Source: Promethearchaeota archaeon (GTDB lineage Archaea > Asgardarchaeota > Lokiarchaeia > Sigyniarchaeales > SOKP01). Taken from it: a DNA stretch of 64,000 nucleotides. The notes beneath the pieces were generated by a model that was not told the origin of the DNA, did not search any database, and worked only from the letters and a program-made list of their open reading frames with translations. The translations under genes and the position numbers were made by a program. The stretch spans positions 544,001 to 608,000 of the forward strand of contig JAHPZA010000006.1 in assembly GCA_019058445.1 (NCBI GenBank). The letters run 5' to 3'. Below, in pieces: positions 28,050-38,283 of this stretch. The first letter of the stretch is position 1; every line of letters starts with the position of its first letter.

Positions 28050-30980
28050 TTGAATAAAAAAAAAAAATTACTAACAGTATTAATACTGACTCTAGTATTT
28101 ACATCCTCTCTTTTTTATATAACAAAAATCGGCAATAATGATGATTTAACAACGGATAATAATACAAAAATTCATCAACTAAATGATGATCTAACAAAGG
28201 AAGACCCTACTGATTTTGAGGAGTTAGATCAGTTAAAAACAGCCAACGGTCAATCTGAATCAAGCTTAAATTTTTCATTTGATTCAAAATTAGATGATGT
28301 TTGGAATAGCACCTGGTATTTCGAAAATTATGAGAGTTTTCAAGATTTAGAACTACCATATACAGAGGGTCATAATGTATCTTATCTGATATCTATTAAT
28401 GATCTGAGAAATAAAACGACGATGCAACCAATACTTCCAAGTGATCTCTCAGCAAATGGGTATTATTTTATTTTGGCTTACAGAAATGGGACTTATACCC
28501 TTGAATTCTTGGCTGGCATTACTGATTTTACTTATCAATCGCTTGAGGGTAATGTTGCATTTCCAAATAATGTTCCTGGAACTTTTTTAATAGCCTCTAA
28601 TGCAAGTATCATATATAATGTCACTATAACTTTAAACAGTACAAGAAGTGAGATCATTAGAACAGAATTCATTCCAGATCCGGATAATACTATAACTGAT
28701 ATGATTAATTGGGAATTAAGATTTTCCGGTTATGCCCCGGGTAATTATAGCGGAGTTTTAGAAGTCGATGAAATCTCAAAATTTACATTGCATCGTGTTT
28801 TAGGTAATGAAGAGGGATATTGGAGACCTATTAATTATACTAAAATTGGAACGCAGTTTTTTTTTAATAAGTCATACCTAGAATATTTGCTTGAACTTCG
28901 AACACCCAATTATCTTTCTGTGACATTTAACGACAATCTAACTGTTTCAAATAACGAACTACGTCTTTATGCAACATGTAATATGCCTGGTAACCTGACT
29001 ATTGAATTTACTGATGCTAATGGCACTCTATTTAGAAATGTTACAGAAAATGTTGAAAATGGGCAAATTGTCTTTTATAACTACATCATGCCACTAAATT
29101 CATCTGGTGGTATAGGTTTTCTTAACATTACTCTCACAAATTCCTCAAATATATATTTTGGTGCAAAATTCGCTGATATCACATTCTTTAAGCAAGGGTT
29201 TATTTATGCCTTTACAAGTAATACTACAGCTTTTTCAGAATTTTACGCTATCGCCCCATATATAGATTATGATATTTTTAATGACTTAGTACAGCGTAAT
29301 AACACTTATAATCTTGGTTTAACGATATTTGAAATTCTTAATCGAAGTATAATTCATGGTGCTACAGTAACTTATGAACTTGGAGAAATTTCTGGTGAAT
29401 TAGAAGACACTATCCTAGTAATTAATGAAAGTGGAGTATTATATAATGCTAATTTTTATTTTAAAGTAATAGATTTACGGGAATACTTAATACCTCCAGG
29501 AGAGTATAATCTGACCTTTAGAGCAAGTAAACCTGGATACACAAGTGTGGAATATATTACATCTTTACATATTTTTAAAAAAGATGTATATATACTCGTC
29601 CAAGTAACCCCTCCAGATAATATCTTCACGATTGAGGAACCTTTTGCTCTTGCTATAAGCATGCATGTATATTATCCCCATTATGAGAATTTCTTAAGAG
29701 TACCTGTAAATTTATCAATAGACATATGGAGGGGAACTGTATTAGAGGATCATCTCAATGTCCCAAACGTGGTTCAATCACTTACCCTTCAAGATGTCAT
29801 AGGCAATACAACTATTCCAGGAGATTATACGTTGAATATAACTATTTTATCAGAGTATTATGAAGGAAATGTATCGGTTGAGGTTGAGATTCAAAAGAAA
29901 GAGCTCGATCTTTCCTTGGTTTATGATAATGAGGTAGATGAGGATGAGGATTTTGATATCCTTTGGTCATTAGAACATGGAAATTTTACGGGTAATCGAG
30001 AAAACATGACATTAGAAATTTATTTAGATGGACGACTAATTAGCACGGTAAATTTAACAGCAACTAATGCCTCTTCGGGAGTATTACCTCTTAAGCTTGA
30101 TGAGGGAGATTATACTATCACGTATCGTCTTACTAGTCCTTTCTATGAGGCTGAAAGAATAATTTCAATTGAGGCCACAGGTGGAAAATCCAAAAAAGAA
30201 GAACCATCATGGTTAGAAGAAAATTGGTTCCTATTGTTATTACTTATCCTTGCTATAATCGCCATGAGCATTTTTGGAGTATATATGACTATCTCGAGAA
30301 GACGAGTGAAGGCTCAAAGAGAATTGGACTCAGAACTCGTAGCCCTTAAGACGAGAATAGCTGCTACAGAAGATAATATTTCCCTCATTCAAACACAAAT
30401 ATCAGAAATTGCTGGAATTTATTGGATATTGGTTATACATTCTGAACAAGGAACTACGATGGTTGAAATCACTGAATTTAGATTTAGCGAAGTATTGGGT
30501 GAAGAATTTAAAGTCTTCGTAGAAGAGGGCATGATTCGAGATTCTGCGCTCATCGGAGGTTTTTTAACAGCAATACGCAATTTCAGTAGAGAGACTTCAG
30601 GGGAGTCTCATGAATACCAGCCTATTTTTAATAGTCAAACAGATTATAGTACGATTGTAAATGAAAAAGAAGTTCATAGGAGAATTTTAGAGGGGACCGG
30701 TTATTTCATGGCATTTATTTCTGCGAGAGGAACAATGGAAATTTCAGAAGTTTTATCTGCAGTAAATTCCAAGTTCCATGAAGGGTATGGAGACGCTGCA
30801 AAAGAATTCTTAGGCAAAATTACGGTATTTAATCCATTTAAAGAAGAGGTGGTAAGATATCTCCATAATGAAATTAGGGAATTGCAGAAAAAACTGGAAG
30901 ATGAGATTCTTTTACGTCAACACTATGAAAGCCATTTAAAAAAGGTTCAAGATAAAATTGGCATCAAGAAAAATAAATAA
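28050..30980 (+). CDS. Large membrane-anchored glycoprotein with cytoplasmic coiled-coil and longin-like domain
   Basis: N-terminal signal/TM. Beta-rich ectodomain with more than 25 N-x-S/T sequons. TM helix WFLLLLLILAIIAMSIFGVY. Cytoplasmic part contains YWILVIHSEQG and DSALIGGFLTAIRNFSRE. Confidence 0.7.
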   Translation: MNKKKKLLTVLILTLVFTSSLFYITKIGNNDDLTTDNNTKIHQLNDDLTKEDPTDFEELDQLKTANGQSESSLNFSFDSKLDDVWNSTWYFENYESFQDLELPYTEGHNVSYLISINDLRNKTTMQPILPSDLSANGYYFILAYRNGTYTLEFLAGITDFTYQSLEGNVAFPNNVPGTFLIASNASIIYNVTITLNSTRSEIIRTEFIPDPDNTITDMINWELRFSGYAPGNYSGVLEVDEISKFTLHRVLGNEEGYWRPINYTKIGTQFFFNKSYLEYLLELRTPNYLSVTFNDNLTVSNNELRLYATCNMPGNLTIEFTDANGTLFRNVTENVENGQIVFYNYIMPLNSSGGIGFLNITLTNSSNIYFGAKFADITFFKQGFIYAFTSNTTAFSEFYAIAPYIDYDIFNDLVQRNNTYNLGLTIFEILNRSIIHGATVTYELGEISGELEDTILVINESGVLYNANFYFKVIDLREYLIPPGEYNLTFRASKPGYTSVEYITSLHIFKKDVYILVQVTPPDNIFTIEEPFALAISMHVYYPHYENFLRVPVNLSIDIWRGTVLEDHLNVPNVVQSLTLQDVIGNTTIPGDYTLNITILSEYYEGNVSVEVEIQKKELDLSLVYDNEVDEDEDFDILWSLEHGNFTGNRENMTLEIYLDGRLISTVNLTATNASSGVLPLKLDEGDYTITYRLTSPFYEAERIISIEATGGKSKKEEPSWLEENWFLLLLLILAIIAMSIFGVYMTISRRRVKAQRELDSELVALKTRIAATEDNISLIQTQISEIAGIYWILVIHSEQGTTMVEITEFRFSEVLGEEFKVFVEEGMIRDSALIGGFLTAIRNFSRETSGESHEYQPIFNSQTDYSTIVNEKEVHRRILEGTGYFMAFISARGTMEISEVLSAVNSKFHEGYGDAAKEFLGKITVFNPFKEEVVRYLHNEIRELQKKLEDEILLRQHYESHLKKVQDKIGIKKNK

Positions 30981-31104
30981 GATTTTTTTAACTATCTAAT
31001 TCTTTTGAATTTTTAATTTCTTTTTTTGGAATATTAAAAGATTTAACATTGATTTGAGATTTAATTAATTAACACCATTAAATTTGAGAAGTGATAAGTA
31101 AAAA

Positions 31105-32073
31105 ATGACCGATTGGAATTTACCTCCTAAGGGCGGACACATGGATTTACCCGATGGGATTTATTTACAAAATATGAGTATTGCTGAAATTAAAGAGAGA
31201 GTCAGCAAAAACGATGTTATCATCATTCCTACTGGATCAACGGAAAATCATGGTCCCGCAGCATGTATTGGTGAAGATACTTTTCTTGTAACGAGAATGG
31301 CCGAATTAGTAGCACAAAAAACTGGATGTACAGTAGCTCAACCTACTTGGTATGGTTCTCATCCTTATCATCATGTGGGAATGCCAGGTACCATCATTGT
31401 CCCCGAAGAAACGTTTAAAGGTCTCTTACGTTCAGTAATGGCTGGCTGCTGGAATATGGGCTTTAGAAAGATGATTTTATTGAACGGGCACGGTCAAGAA
31501 TATGTGATCCCTTCTGCTATCCATGAATTCGCAAAAAATTATCAATTACCAATGGTGATATGCAATGTAAATTGGTATCATGCAATTCCTGATCATTGTA
31601 TGGATAAAGAGCATGGAGGTCCCTTTGAGACTCCTTTTATCCATGCAGACGAAGCAGAAACTTCATTTTCTATGACTTTATTCCCAGAAATGGTAAAAAA
31701 GATCGATGCCTGCGAGGATAATGAAGTTGTGGGATGGATGCCAGATGGACATGTTGATAAAGCGGGAAATGTATATCAAAAACCAATTCGATGGTATGGA
31801 CAAGTTGGTTTTGGTCCTATAGAGGTTGCAGCATATCCTGAAGGGCACGTCGGTTGCCCTAGTAAAGCAACTTTCGAGAAAGGTAAACCAGGCATGGAAG
31901 CATTTTTAGATTACCTTGAAAAATTGGTGAACGATATTTTGAAAACTTTTCCCCCTGGAAAATTGCCCCCAATTGAAGGTATAACGCAGAGAGATCCGAA
32001 GGACATTGAGCCCTATATAAAAGGCCCTCTGAATGGTGGAAAGAGTATCTATGAATTAAGATATCCCCCTTAA
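31105..32073 (+). CDS. iolN: 3-dehydro-scyllo-inosose hydrolase (creatininase family)
   Basis: Motifs PTGSTENHG, GEDTF, WYGSHPYHHVGMPGT, NGHGQEY and FETPFIHADEAETS. Confidence 0.85.
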   Translation: MTDWNLPPKGGHMDLPDGIYLQNMSIAEIKERVSKNDVIIIPTGSTENHGPAACIGEDTFLVTRMAELVAQKTGCTVAQPTWYGSHPYHHVGMPGTIIVPEETFKGLLRSVMAGCWNMGFRKMILLNGHGQEYVIPSAIHEFAKNYQLPMVICNVNWYHAIPDHCMDKEHGGPFETPFIHADEAETSFSMTLFPEMVKKIDACEDNEVVGWMPDGHVDKAGNVYQKPIRWYGQVGFGPIEVAAYPEGHVGCPSKATFEKGKPGMEAFLDYLEKLVNDILKTFPPGKLPPIEGITQRDPKDIEPYIKGPLNGGKSIYELRYPP

Positions 32074-32102
32074 ATCATGATTTTTTTTCTTTTTTTTTAA
32101 TT

Positions 32103-32459
32103 TTAGCCGGGTTCAACTGTTTTATTAATAATATTAAAAATTTGACTTACTTCTACTTGATCTTCAGTTAATAAAATGATGATATGTTCAAGAAGTTTAA
32201 TAGATACAATATAATAATTAGCAGAGTGGATAATGTTAAAATCGGGATTATGAATTCCAATCTCTGCTGTGATATCTTCGGCTAATTCGTAGAGTTGAGA
32301 GATATTTAAAGAAATCGATGCCTTATTGAACTCATCATCATTAATATAGGATTTTCTCACAACTCCATTTTCCGAACTAATGATTATAAAATAGACGCTT
32401 GAACCTAATTCTTGTATTAAATTATTTAAAATAGAATCAAGATCTATCGAAACAGTCAT
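32103..32459 (-). CDS. Roadblock/LC7-like protein
   Basis: 118 aa; helix, then FIIISSENGVV, helix and three strands. Confidence 0.6.
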   Translation of the reverse strand: MTVSIDLDSILNNLIQELGSSVYFIIISSENGVVRKSYINDDEFNKASISLNISQLYELAEDITAEIGIHNPDFNIIHSANYYIVSIKLLEHIIILLTEDQVEVSQIFNIINKTVEPG

Positions 32460-32592
32460 AATCTTATAAAATTAGAAAAACGTTTATTATTTATAATTAT
32501 AAATTTGAATTAATAAATAATTTTAGTTTAAATCTAATTATTTAAATCTAGTTATCTTAACTAATTAAAAATTTATTCTAGGATTTTATATC

Positions 32593-33435
32593 ATGTATAA
32601 ATATGGGATTAATTTATTATTGTGGACAAGCTGTTTTACTAAAAAAGATTTATACTTAATTAAAAAAGTAAAAGAACTAGGCTGTGATGTTGTTGAAATA
32701 CCAATTTTTAATCCTGAAGATTTTCCCTCCGAGTTAGTTAAAAATGAACTGGTAAAATATGAGTTAGAAGCATGTGTATGTTATGGATGCGAAAGGGAGT
32801 CTGATATTGCATCATTAGATAACAAAATAAGAAAAAAAGGCATTGAAAGATTTAAAAAAGCTATAGATCACACTAAGATCTTAGGAGCAACCAAAATTGG
32901 AGGGGTGGTTTATAAAGCGGGAGGTATGTTTACAGGATCAGCACCTTCAGATGTAGAGTGGAGTAATTCAGTTAATTCAATGCGAGAAATAGCAAGATAT
33001 GCCCATCAATTTAACATTTCAATCTGTGTTGAACAGATCAATAGGTACGAGACATATTTTATTAATACCACTAAAGACGCCTTAAATTACTGCTTAGATG
33101 TTGGAAAACCAAATATGCAAGTTCTACTTGATACTCATCATTTAATTCTGGAAGAATTGAACTTGTACGATGCGATTCTTATGACCGGGAATCGATTAGG
33201 GCATTTTCATACCTCTGAAAATAATAGAGGAATTCCTGGAACAGGACAAGTAGATTGGATTAATGTGTATAAAGCCTTAAAAAAGATTAAGTACTCTGGA
33301 TGGTTGGTTATAGAATCTTTTTATATTGGCTTTGGGAATATTTGGAAACCACTCGCAGATTCTCCAGAACAATTAGTGATTCAAGGATTGAATAATCTAA
33401 AAAATATTGAAGAACAAATCAAAAATGAACGATAA
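32593..33435 (+). CDS. Sugar phosphate isomerase/epimerase (D-psicose/D-tagatose 3-epimerase family)
   Basis: Motifs DVVEIP, EQINRYETYFINT, LDTHH and HTSENNRGIPGTG. Confidence 0.85.
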   Translation: MYKYGINLLLWTSCFTKKDLYLIKKVKELGCDVVEIPIFNPEDFPSELVKNELVKYELEACVCYGCERESDIASLDNKIRKKGIERFKKAIDHTKILGATKIGGVVYKAGGMFTGSAPSDVEWSNSVNSMREIARYAHQFNISICVEQINRYETYFINTTKDALNYCLDVGKPNMQVLLDTHHLILEELNLYDAILMTGNRLGHFHTSENNRGIPGTGQVDWINVYKALKKIKYSGWLVIESFYIGFGNIWKPLADSPEQLVIQGLNNLKNIEEQIKNER

Positions 33436-33516
33436 GTAAAAGAAATATTACATAATTTAATATAATCCAAGAATAAAGAAAATTTAAAAAAAATTTTAAT
33501 CAATATTAATAATTCA

Positions 33517-34347
33517 TTAATCTTTTGTACTTAGTAAGGATCCCTTTAATTCTTCTGCAAGATTTCCTAATCTATTTGCAGTAGCAGTAATTTCTTCCAT
33601 TGACGCTGTTTGTTCCTCTGTAGAGGCACTAATCCCTTCCATTGAACCAGAGGTTATTTGAATTTTTTTAATAATTTCATCAATTTTATTACCAGTATCC
33701 ATTACCGCTTTCTTTGATTCTTCAGCCAATTTTCTGACCTCATCAGCTACGACTGCAAATCCTCGTCCATGCTCCCCTGCTCTCCCTGCTTCTATGCTTG
33801 CGTTTAGGGCCAAAAGATTCGTTTGTTCAGAAACATTTCTAATCAGATGCATAATTGTGTTTAATTCATTAGTTGAAGCAGTAACCTCTTGAGCATTGCT
33901 AGAAATAACTTGGGCTGTGCTTGCAATTTCTTCAGAAGAAGCATTGACTTCGCTGGCACTAGCAGCTAATTCTGTTGCCATATTAGCTACATTTATACTT
34001 GCATTTGACGCGGTATCAATTACATTTCTCATTTTGTCATTAGACTCTTGAAGCCCTGACTCGATAATTGGGATTATAATCCAAAAGATTCCGACAGTTG
34101 CTACAAATATCATAAAACCCGATGCAAAAGCATCTCCAAAAGCTTCACTCCAGAAACCCAATTTTTCCATAGCATTCCCTAAAGCAAATAACCCCGCTCC
34201 AGCAAAGAAAAAGCAAAAAGTTAAATTTGTCATACTTTTCTTTCGTAAATATGCATGGAATGCTATTGCTGTTGCACCAAAGAAACAAATCATTCCAATA
34301 AAATTAAATGTTCCATCAATAAGATCCACCATTGTAGTTCTCACCAC
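33517..34347 (-). CDS. Short methyl-accepting chemotaxis-like protein
   Basis: [38 protein letters not shown] hairpin; three TM segments. Confidence 0.9.
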   Translation of the reverse strand: MVRTTMVDLIDGTFNFIGMICFFGATAIAFHAYLRKKSMTNLTFCFFFAGAGLFALGNAMEKLGFWSEAFGDAFASGFMIFVATVGIFWIIIPIIESGLQESNDKMRNVIDTASNASINVANMATELAASASEVNASSEEIASTAQVISSNAQEVTASTNELNTIMHLIRNVSEQTNLLALNASIEAGRAGEHGRGFAVVADEVRKLAEESKKAVMDTGNKIDEIIKKIQITSGSMEGISASTEEQTASMEEITATANRLGNLAEELKGSLLSTKD

Positions 34348-34652
34348 CCCTCCTTTTTAGGGGATTTTGATTGTACTGTTAGCTTTTTAGACATTTTGAT
34401 ATAATGCATAAAGATCATTGCACCAAGAAAAGAGATTCCAGCTAGCATGATAAAAAAATGCTCTAAAAAATTAAATAAGTCTGGTGCAACAAAAGCTTCT
34501 ATATTTGTAAAAAGGAATGAAAGTGCAAGAAATGAGGCACCTGGTACTACTAAAAGCATTTCCTTTCTCTTTTTGATAACGATAGGAGCAAAAGCAAAAT
34601 CAATTATACAAAGCAGTAGTGGTATGAATTCAAGTAGTTCAAATTCTGGCAT
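34341..34652 (-). CDS. Small 3-TM membrane protein, coupled to the MCP gene
   Basis: GGTGA RBS; hydrophobic; stop abuts the MCP start. Confidence 0.7.
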   Translation of the reverse strand: MPEFELLEFIPLLLCIIDFAFAPIVIKKRKEMLLVVPGASFLALSFLFTNIEAFVAPDLFNFLEHFFIMLAGISFLGAMIFMHYIKMSKKLTVQSKSPKKEGW

Positions 34653-34975
34653 TAATTATCACCTTCCTCGTTTTATAATAATTATTGTTACATAGAACGT
34701 ACTATAATTTTTACTTAAGTTTTCCTTGATAAGTTATTGTTTGTTTTACACGTACGTATAAGTTTTTTTTAAATATTAATTCGAATTCACTACCTAAGAG
34801 TATAGTTGTATACAATCTAACTACAAAAGAGTAAAAAACCAATTCTACTGAATATATATTCAATTAACCGTATAAAGAAGTTTAACCATTAGATGATTAG
34901 CTCATATTTTTTAAAAATTAGTAGAATTAATTGATATTTAAGATTTGATTACTCGAATGTAAAAAAGATAAAAGA

Positions 34976-35080
34976 TGGGCCTAGCAGGATTCGAACCTGC
35001 GACATCCCAGTCCGAAGCCGGGTACCCTTTCTGGAAATCTTCCTTGGTGGAAGGTAAAATCCAGACTAGATTACAGGCCC
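34976..35080 (-). tRNA. tRNA-Arg(TCG) with a 30-nt D-loop intron (35029-35058, position 20a/21)
   Basis: Acceptor GGGCCTG/TAGGCCC; anticodon arm CCCGG-CT TCG GA-CTGGG; T arm GCAGG-TTCGAAT-CCTGC. Central helix ctgg/ccag with bulges AT|T and AA|A gives a 75-nt mature tRNA. Confidence 0.9.
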
Positions 35081-35233
35081 GCGTTGAAAATCTTGCGTTC
35101 TTTGATGAAAATATTAAGATGACTAATGTTATTATATTTTCATCTAGTATTTCTAAAAAAGATTTTCATAAACCATTAAGCGATTTTAAAAAGATTGCGT
35201 TCCTAAAAAACATGGGTTTGAAAGATAAATTAT

Positions 35234-35668
35234 TTATTTCTTACATTTGGAAACTAATTTCATATAATCTACTAAAAGTCGAAGAAAATTTTTCACTTTG
35301 AAAGCATGAGAAAGATTTCCATGGACTTTCATCCATCCTTTCATATATGCTTCAGTCCCGCTTATTTCACCCTTAAATATGTTTAGTATCAAATCTTTGG
35401 TAAAAAAAATTCGGATTGAAGTATTCTTATTAACTCCTTTTTTATATGTGATATTTCCTTTAGAAACACCAATCCAAAAGTTAAAGCTTAAATCGGTTAT
35501 ATGAAATTGATATACTGCATCAAAATCAATTATTTCTTCTAATAACTCATCAGTTGTTTGGATTAAATTAATGCCAAAATTGATAAATTTATCTAGTACT
35601 TGCACTACTTCTTGATCATTATCAGTTAATTTATTTATAATTGAATCAATAGAATAGGTGATTAACAC
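35234..35668 (-). CDS. SCP2 sterol-carrier-like domain protein
   Basis: Motif ISGTEAYMKGWMKVHGNL. Confidence 0.8.
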   Translation of the reverse strand: MLITYSIDSIINKLTDNDQEVVQVLDKFINFGINLIQTTDELLEEIIDFDAVYQFHITDLSFNFWIGVSKGNITYKKGVNKNTSIRIFFTKDLILNIFKGEISGTEAYMKGWMKVHGNLSHAFKVKNFLRLLVDYMKLVSKCKK

Positions 35669-36013
35669 TGTAAATTCTCTATTTACTGATTTGTTATTAG
35701 ATATATATGGTGCTCTATAAACAAATTGTACTTTTTAAAATATTTATATTTTTCTATTGAAACGATGCTAAAATGGAATTAAAGTGTTAAAAATTGATAA
35801 GTCATTTTAAATCTTTCAATTAGTTTATTTAGCTATTCTTTTGCAAGCTTTTAATCATTATATTTTCATTTCGGTTTGAAAATTAACATTAAATAAATTA
35901 AAAAAAAATAATACCTTACTCTTAGAATATGCTTAAATTTAAGTGTTAGAATAAAATTTTTAAGTTTTTAATTATTTGTTTTGTTATAGAAATTTTGTAT
36001 CTCTAACTTTTCT

Positions 36014-36151
36014 GCCCACATAGTGTAGAGTAAGGTTTTACTTCGAACCTACACATAACTCGGTCCAGCATTCGGGACTGTCACTCCTGCGACGCGGGTT
36101 CAAAGAGATGTGCGCTTTCCGCACATGAAGAAAATCCCGCTGTGGGCGCCA
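36014..36151 (+). tRNA. tRNA-Asp(GTC) with two 30-nt introns (36029-36058 at 15/16; 36105-36134 at 59/60) and encoded CCA
   Basis: Acceptor GCCCACA/TGTGGGC plus GCCA; anticodon loop CT GTC AC. Removing both introns gives a 78-nt cloverleaf with D-loop AGCTCGGTCCA and T-loop TTCAAAT. Confidence 0.9.
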
Positions 36152-36296
36152 TTCTTTCTATTTTATTTATTTTGCATTAGAGTAAGAGGTTTTCTGTATT
36201 TTTCACTAAGAAAATTCTTTATCCGTATTCTAAAGATCTCTATTCTTGGAAGATTGATACACTATATCTTGAAAAAAATCAAAAATATCGACAGTT

Positions 36297-37493
36297 TTAA
36301 ATCTTTTCCATTTGTAAATCTATTAGTAAAATTAAAGCAATTATTAAATATATGGCGAAACCCACTGAAATCGCAAAAAAGGCAAGAGTTAAATCAATAC
36401 TCGCTAAATAAGCGGCAAATATGGGGGTAATTAAGAAGGTTAATCCTAATGAGCTTTCAATGATATTCGAATACTTTGAAGTCTGATATTTGACATTTTG
36501 CATTAAAGATAACTTTATTCCGAAAGAAATCAAGATCCCAGCAAAAAACCCCATCAATAAATACAGAATTGCAAATATAAAAAAGTCTGTATTAATCCCG
36601 AAAAAGAAAAATATGACAAGTAAAGCAGTTAAACAAATGACTGCTGCTTTCTTTAATGAATTAAGTGATAAATAACTGGAAAAGGTAGTCGATATTAATT
36701 GTGTTATTAATGAAAAGGCTGAGAGTAAATAGACAGTATATGGCTCAAATTCAATAATTTCAGATTTGATAGGATATAAAATGTTAATACTCCCTTTCGC
36801 AAAAGCAAACGAAGTAACTAATAATATAGGTAAGATTTTAGGAATCTTATAATCTTTAGATTTATTGTAGTTTGAATTTGAATGTCCGCTAATTCGATCC
36901 AGATCCACTGTATCTACGTTATACTTTTGCGATTCTTGAAAAAAGAGTAAAGAAATGAAGGTAGCAACAAAAACTAATACTGGCGCGGCAAAAAATATGA
37001 TTTTCAAATCATCGATTATATATAAGATTAAGGCCCCTATAAGAAATCCCGATAAGATTCCGAAATTCCATCCAAAATTGAACCTTGACAATTGTCTATT
37101 ATGATTTTGAAATGCATTATCAGAAATACTTGATTGTAAATTGGTCCAAAATAATCCTGTGATTAATCCCTCCGCCAATCTTGAAACAAGAAATATTATA
37201 GGATCTAAGGTAAAATAAAATATTAATTGTGCTAAGGATGTTCCTAAAAGAGCTATTGTAACACTTGACTTCCTGCCAATCTTATCCCCAATATTCTTAA
37301 ATAAAAGTGGAGAAAAACAATAAGTCATGGCAGCTCCCGCGACAATCAACCCTATCATCCTTACATCAACTCCTTGTCTGAAAAAATATAATGGGATTGC
37401 TAAAGCAATTAAGGAATTATTTATAGGATAAAGTAATGCTAAGCATATTACGGGCCAGAACCGCCATTTTTGGTCGAAATCGGTGTGTTCCAT
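36297..37493 (-). CDS. MFS transporter
   Basis: GDKIGRK motif A; about 12 TM segments. Confidence 0.8.
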   Translation of the reverse strand: MEHTDFDQKWRFWPVICLALLYPINNSLIALAIPLYFFRQGVDVRMIGLIVAGAAMTYCFSPLLFKNIGDKIGRKSSVTIALLGTSLAQLIFYFTLDPIIFLVSRLAEGLITGLFWTNLQSSISDNAFQNHNRQLSRFNFGWNFGILSGFLIGALILYIIDDLKIIFFAAPVLVFVATFISLLFFQESQKYNVDTVDLDRISGHSNSNYNKSKDYKIPKILPILLVTSFAFAKGSINILYPIKSEIIEFEPYTVYLLSAFSLITQLISTTFSSYLSLNSLKKAAVICLTALLVIFFFFGINTDFFIFAILYLLMGFFAGILISFGIKLSLMQNVKYQTSKYSNIIESSLGLTFLITPIFAAYLASIDLTLAFFAISVGFAIYLIIALILLIDLQMEKI

Positions 37494-37770
37494 TATGTTT
37501 TCTTGACTCGCTCATTTGTAGGTAAGGAAATACCAATAAAAATAATTCATATAAGAAAAAATTTTCCGTTTTTTCAAAGATTATTTTAGTTTTACACTAT
37601 ATCGACTTTTTTCTCACGTGAATTTTAAGTCTACTTTGCGAATCCAAAAATATACTTTTTAAATTTTCGTATTATTGAAATAAACCTTTTTATATTGTCT
37701 TTGCATTATATTACATACCGTTTAAATACAATTTTTAAATAATTAAATTCAAAAATAAGGTTGAAGAATA

Positions 37771-38199
37771 ATGGTTGATGCAGATCTTATAAGTAAAGTA
37801 AAAGGTTTAATTGACGCTGGAGCGGATGCAGCCTCTCCAGATGATTTAACTACCATGTATGAATTATACAAGCAAATTGCTGTAGAAAACGAAGATCTTA
37901 AAGAAGAATTAGAAGACATGGACATTGTTGTCCAACAAGTCATCACTGACAAGGACGCAAAATTCTGGATGAAAGCCAAAGAAGGTGCTCTTGAGTATGG
38001 CTCTGGTGATGTTGACAATCCAAGTTTCACTTTCTCATGCACCTTAGCTGTCGGTGCTGGAATGCTTTATGGTGAAGTAGACGCCACTAGCGCATACATG
38101 GCTGGGGACATTACTGTAGAAGGTAACCTTCAAGATGCTATGGCCTTTCAAGAGATTATTGAATTAGCCATGGAAGCTTTTGAAGATTTAGCTGATTAG
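37771..38199 (+). CDS. SCP2 domain protein
   Basis: Motif GEVDATSAYMAGDITVEGNL. Confidence 0.85.
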   Translation: MVDADLISKVKGLIDAGADAASPDDLTTMYELYKQIAVENEDLKEELEDMDIVVQQVITDKDAKFWMKAKEGALEYGSGDVDNPSFTFSCTLAVGAGMLYGEVDATSAYMAGDITVEGNLQDAMAFQEIIELAMEAFEDLAD

Positions 38200-38283
38200 A
38201 AATAAGCCTTTAGCATTTTGAATTAGTAAATAATTAAATTCTTTTTTCTTTTTATTTACTATTCTCGTTTTTTTTTTATGTTT

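Noticed and set aside
35006-35022. tRNA-Pro(CGG) reading of the anticodon
   Set aside because: The stem pairs only with the loop CT-TCG-GA, and A20 supports Arg.
34975-35301. 108-aa ORF MGLAGFEPATS...
   Set aside because: It is an antisense translation of the tRNA-Arg gene.
36110-36430. 106-aa ORF
   Set aside because: It starts inside the tRNA-Asp intron and overlaps the MFS gene antisense.
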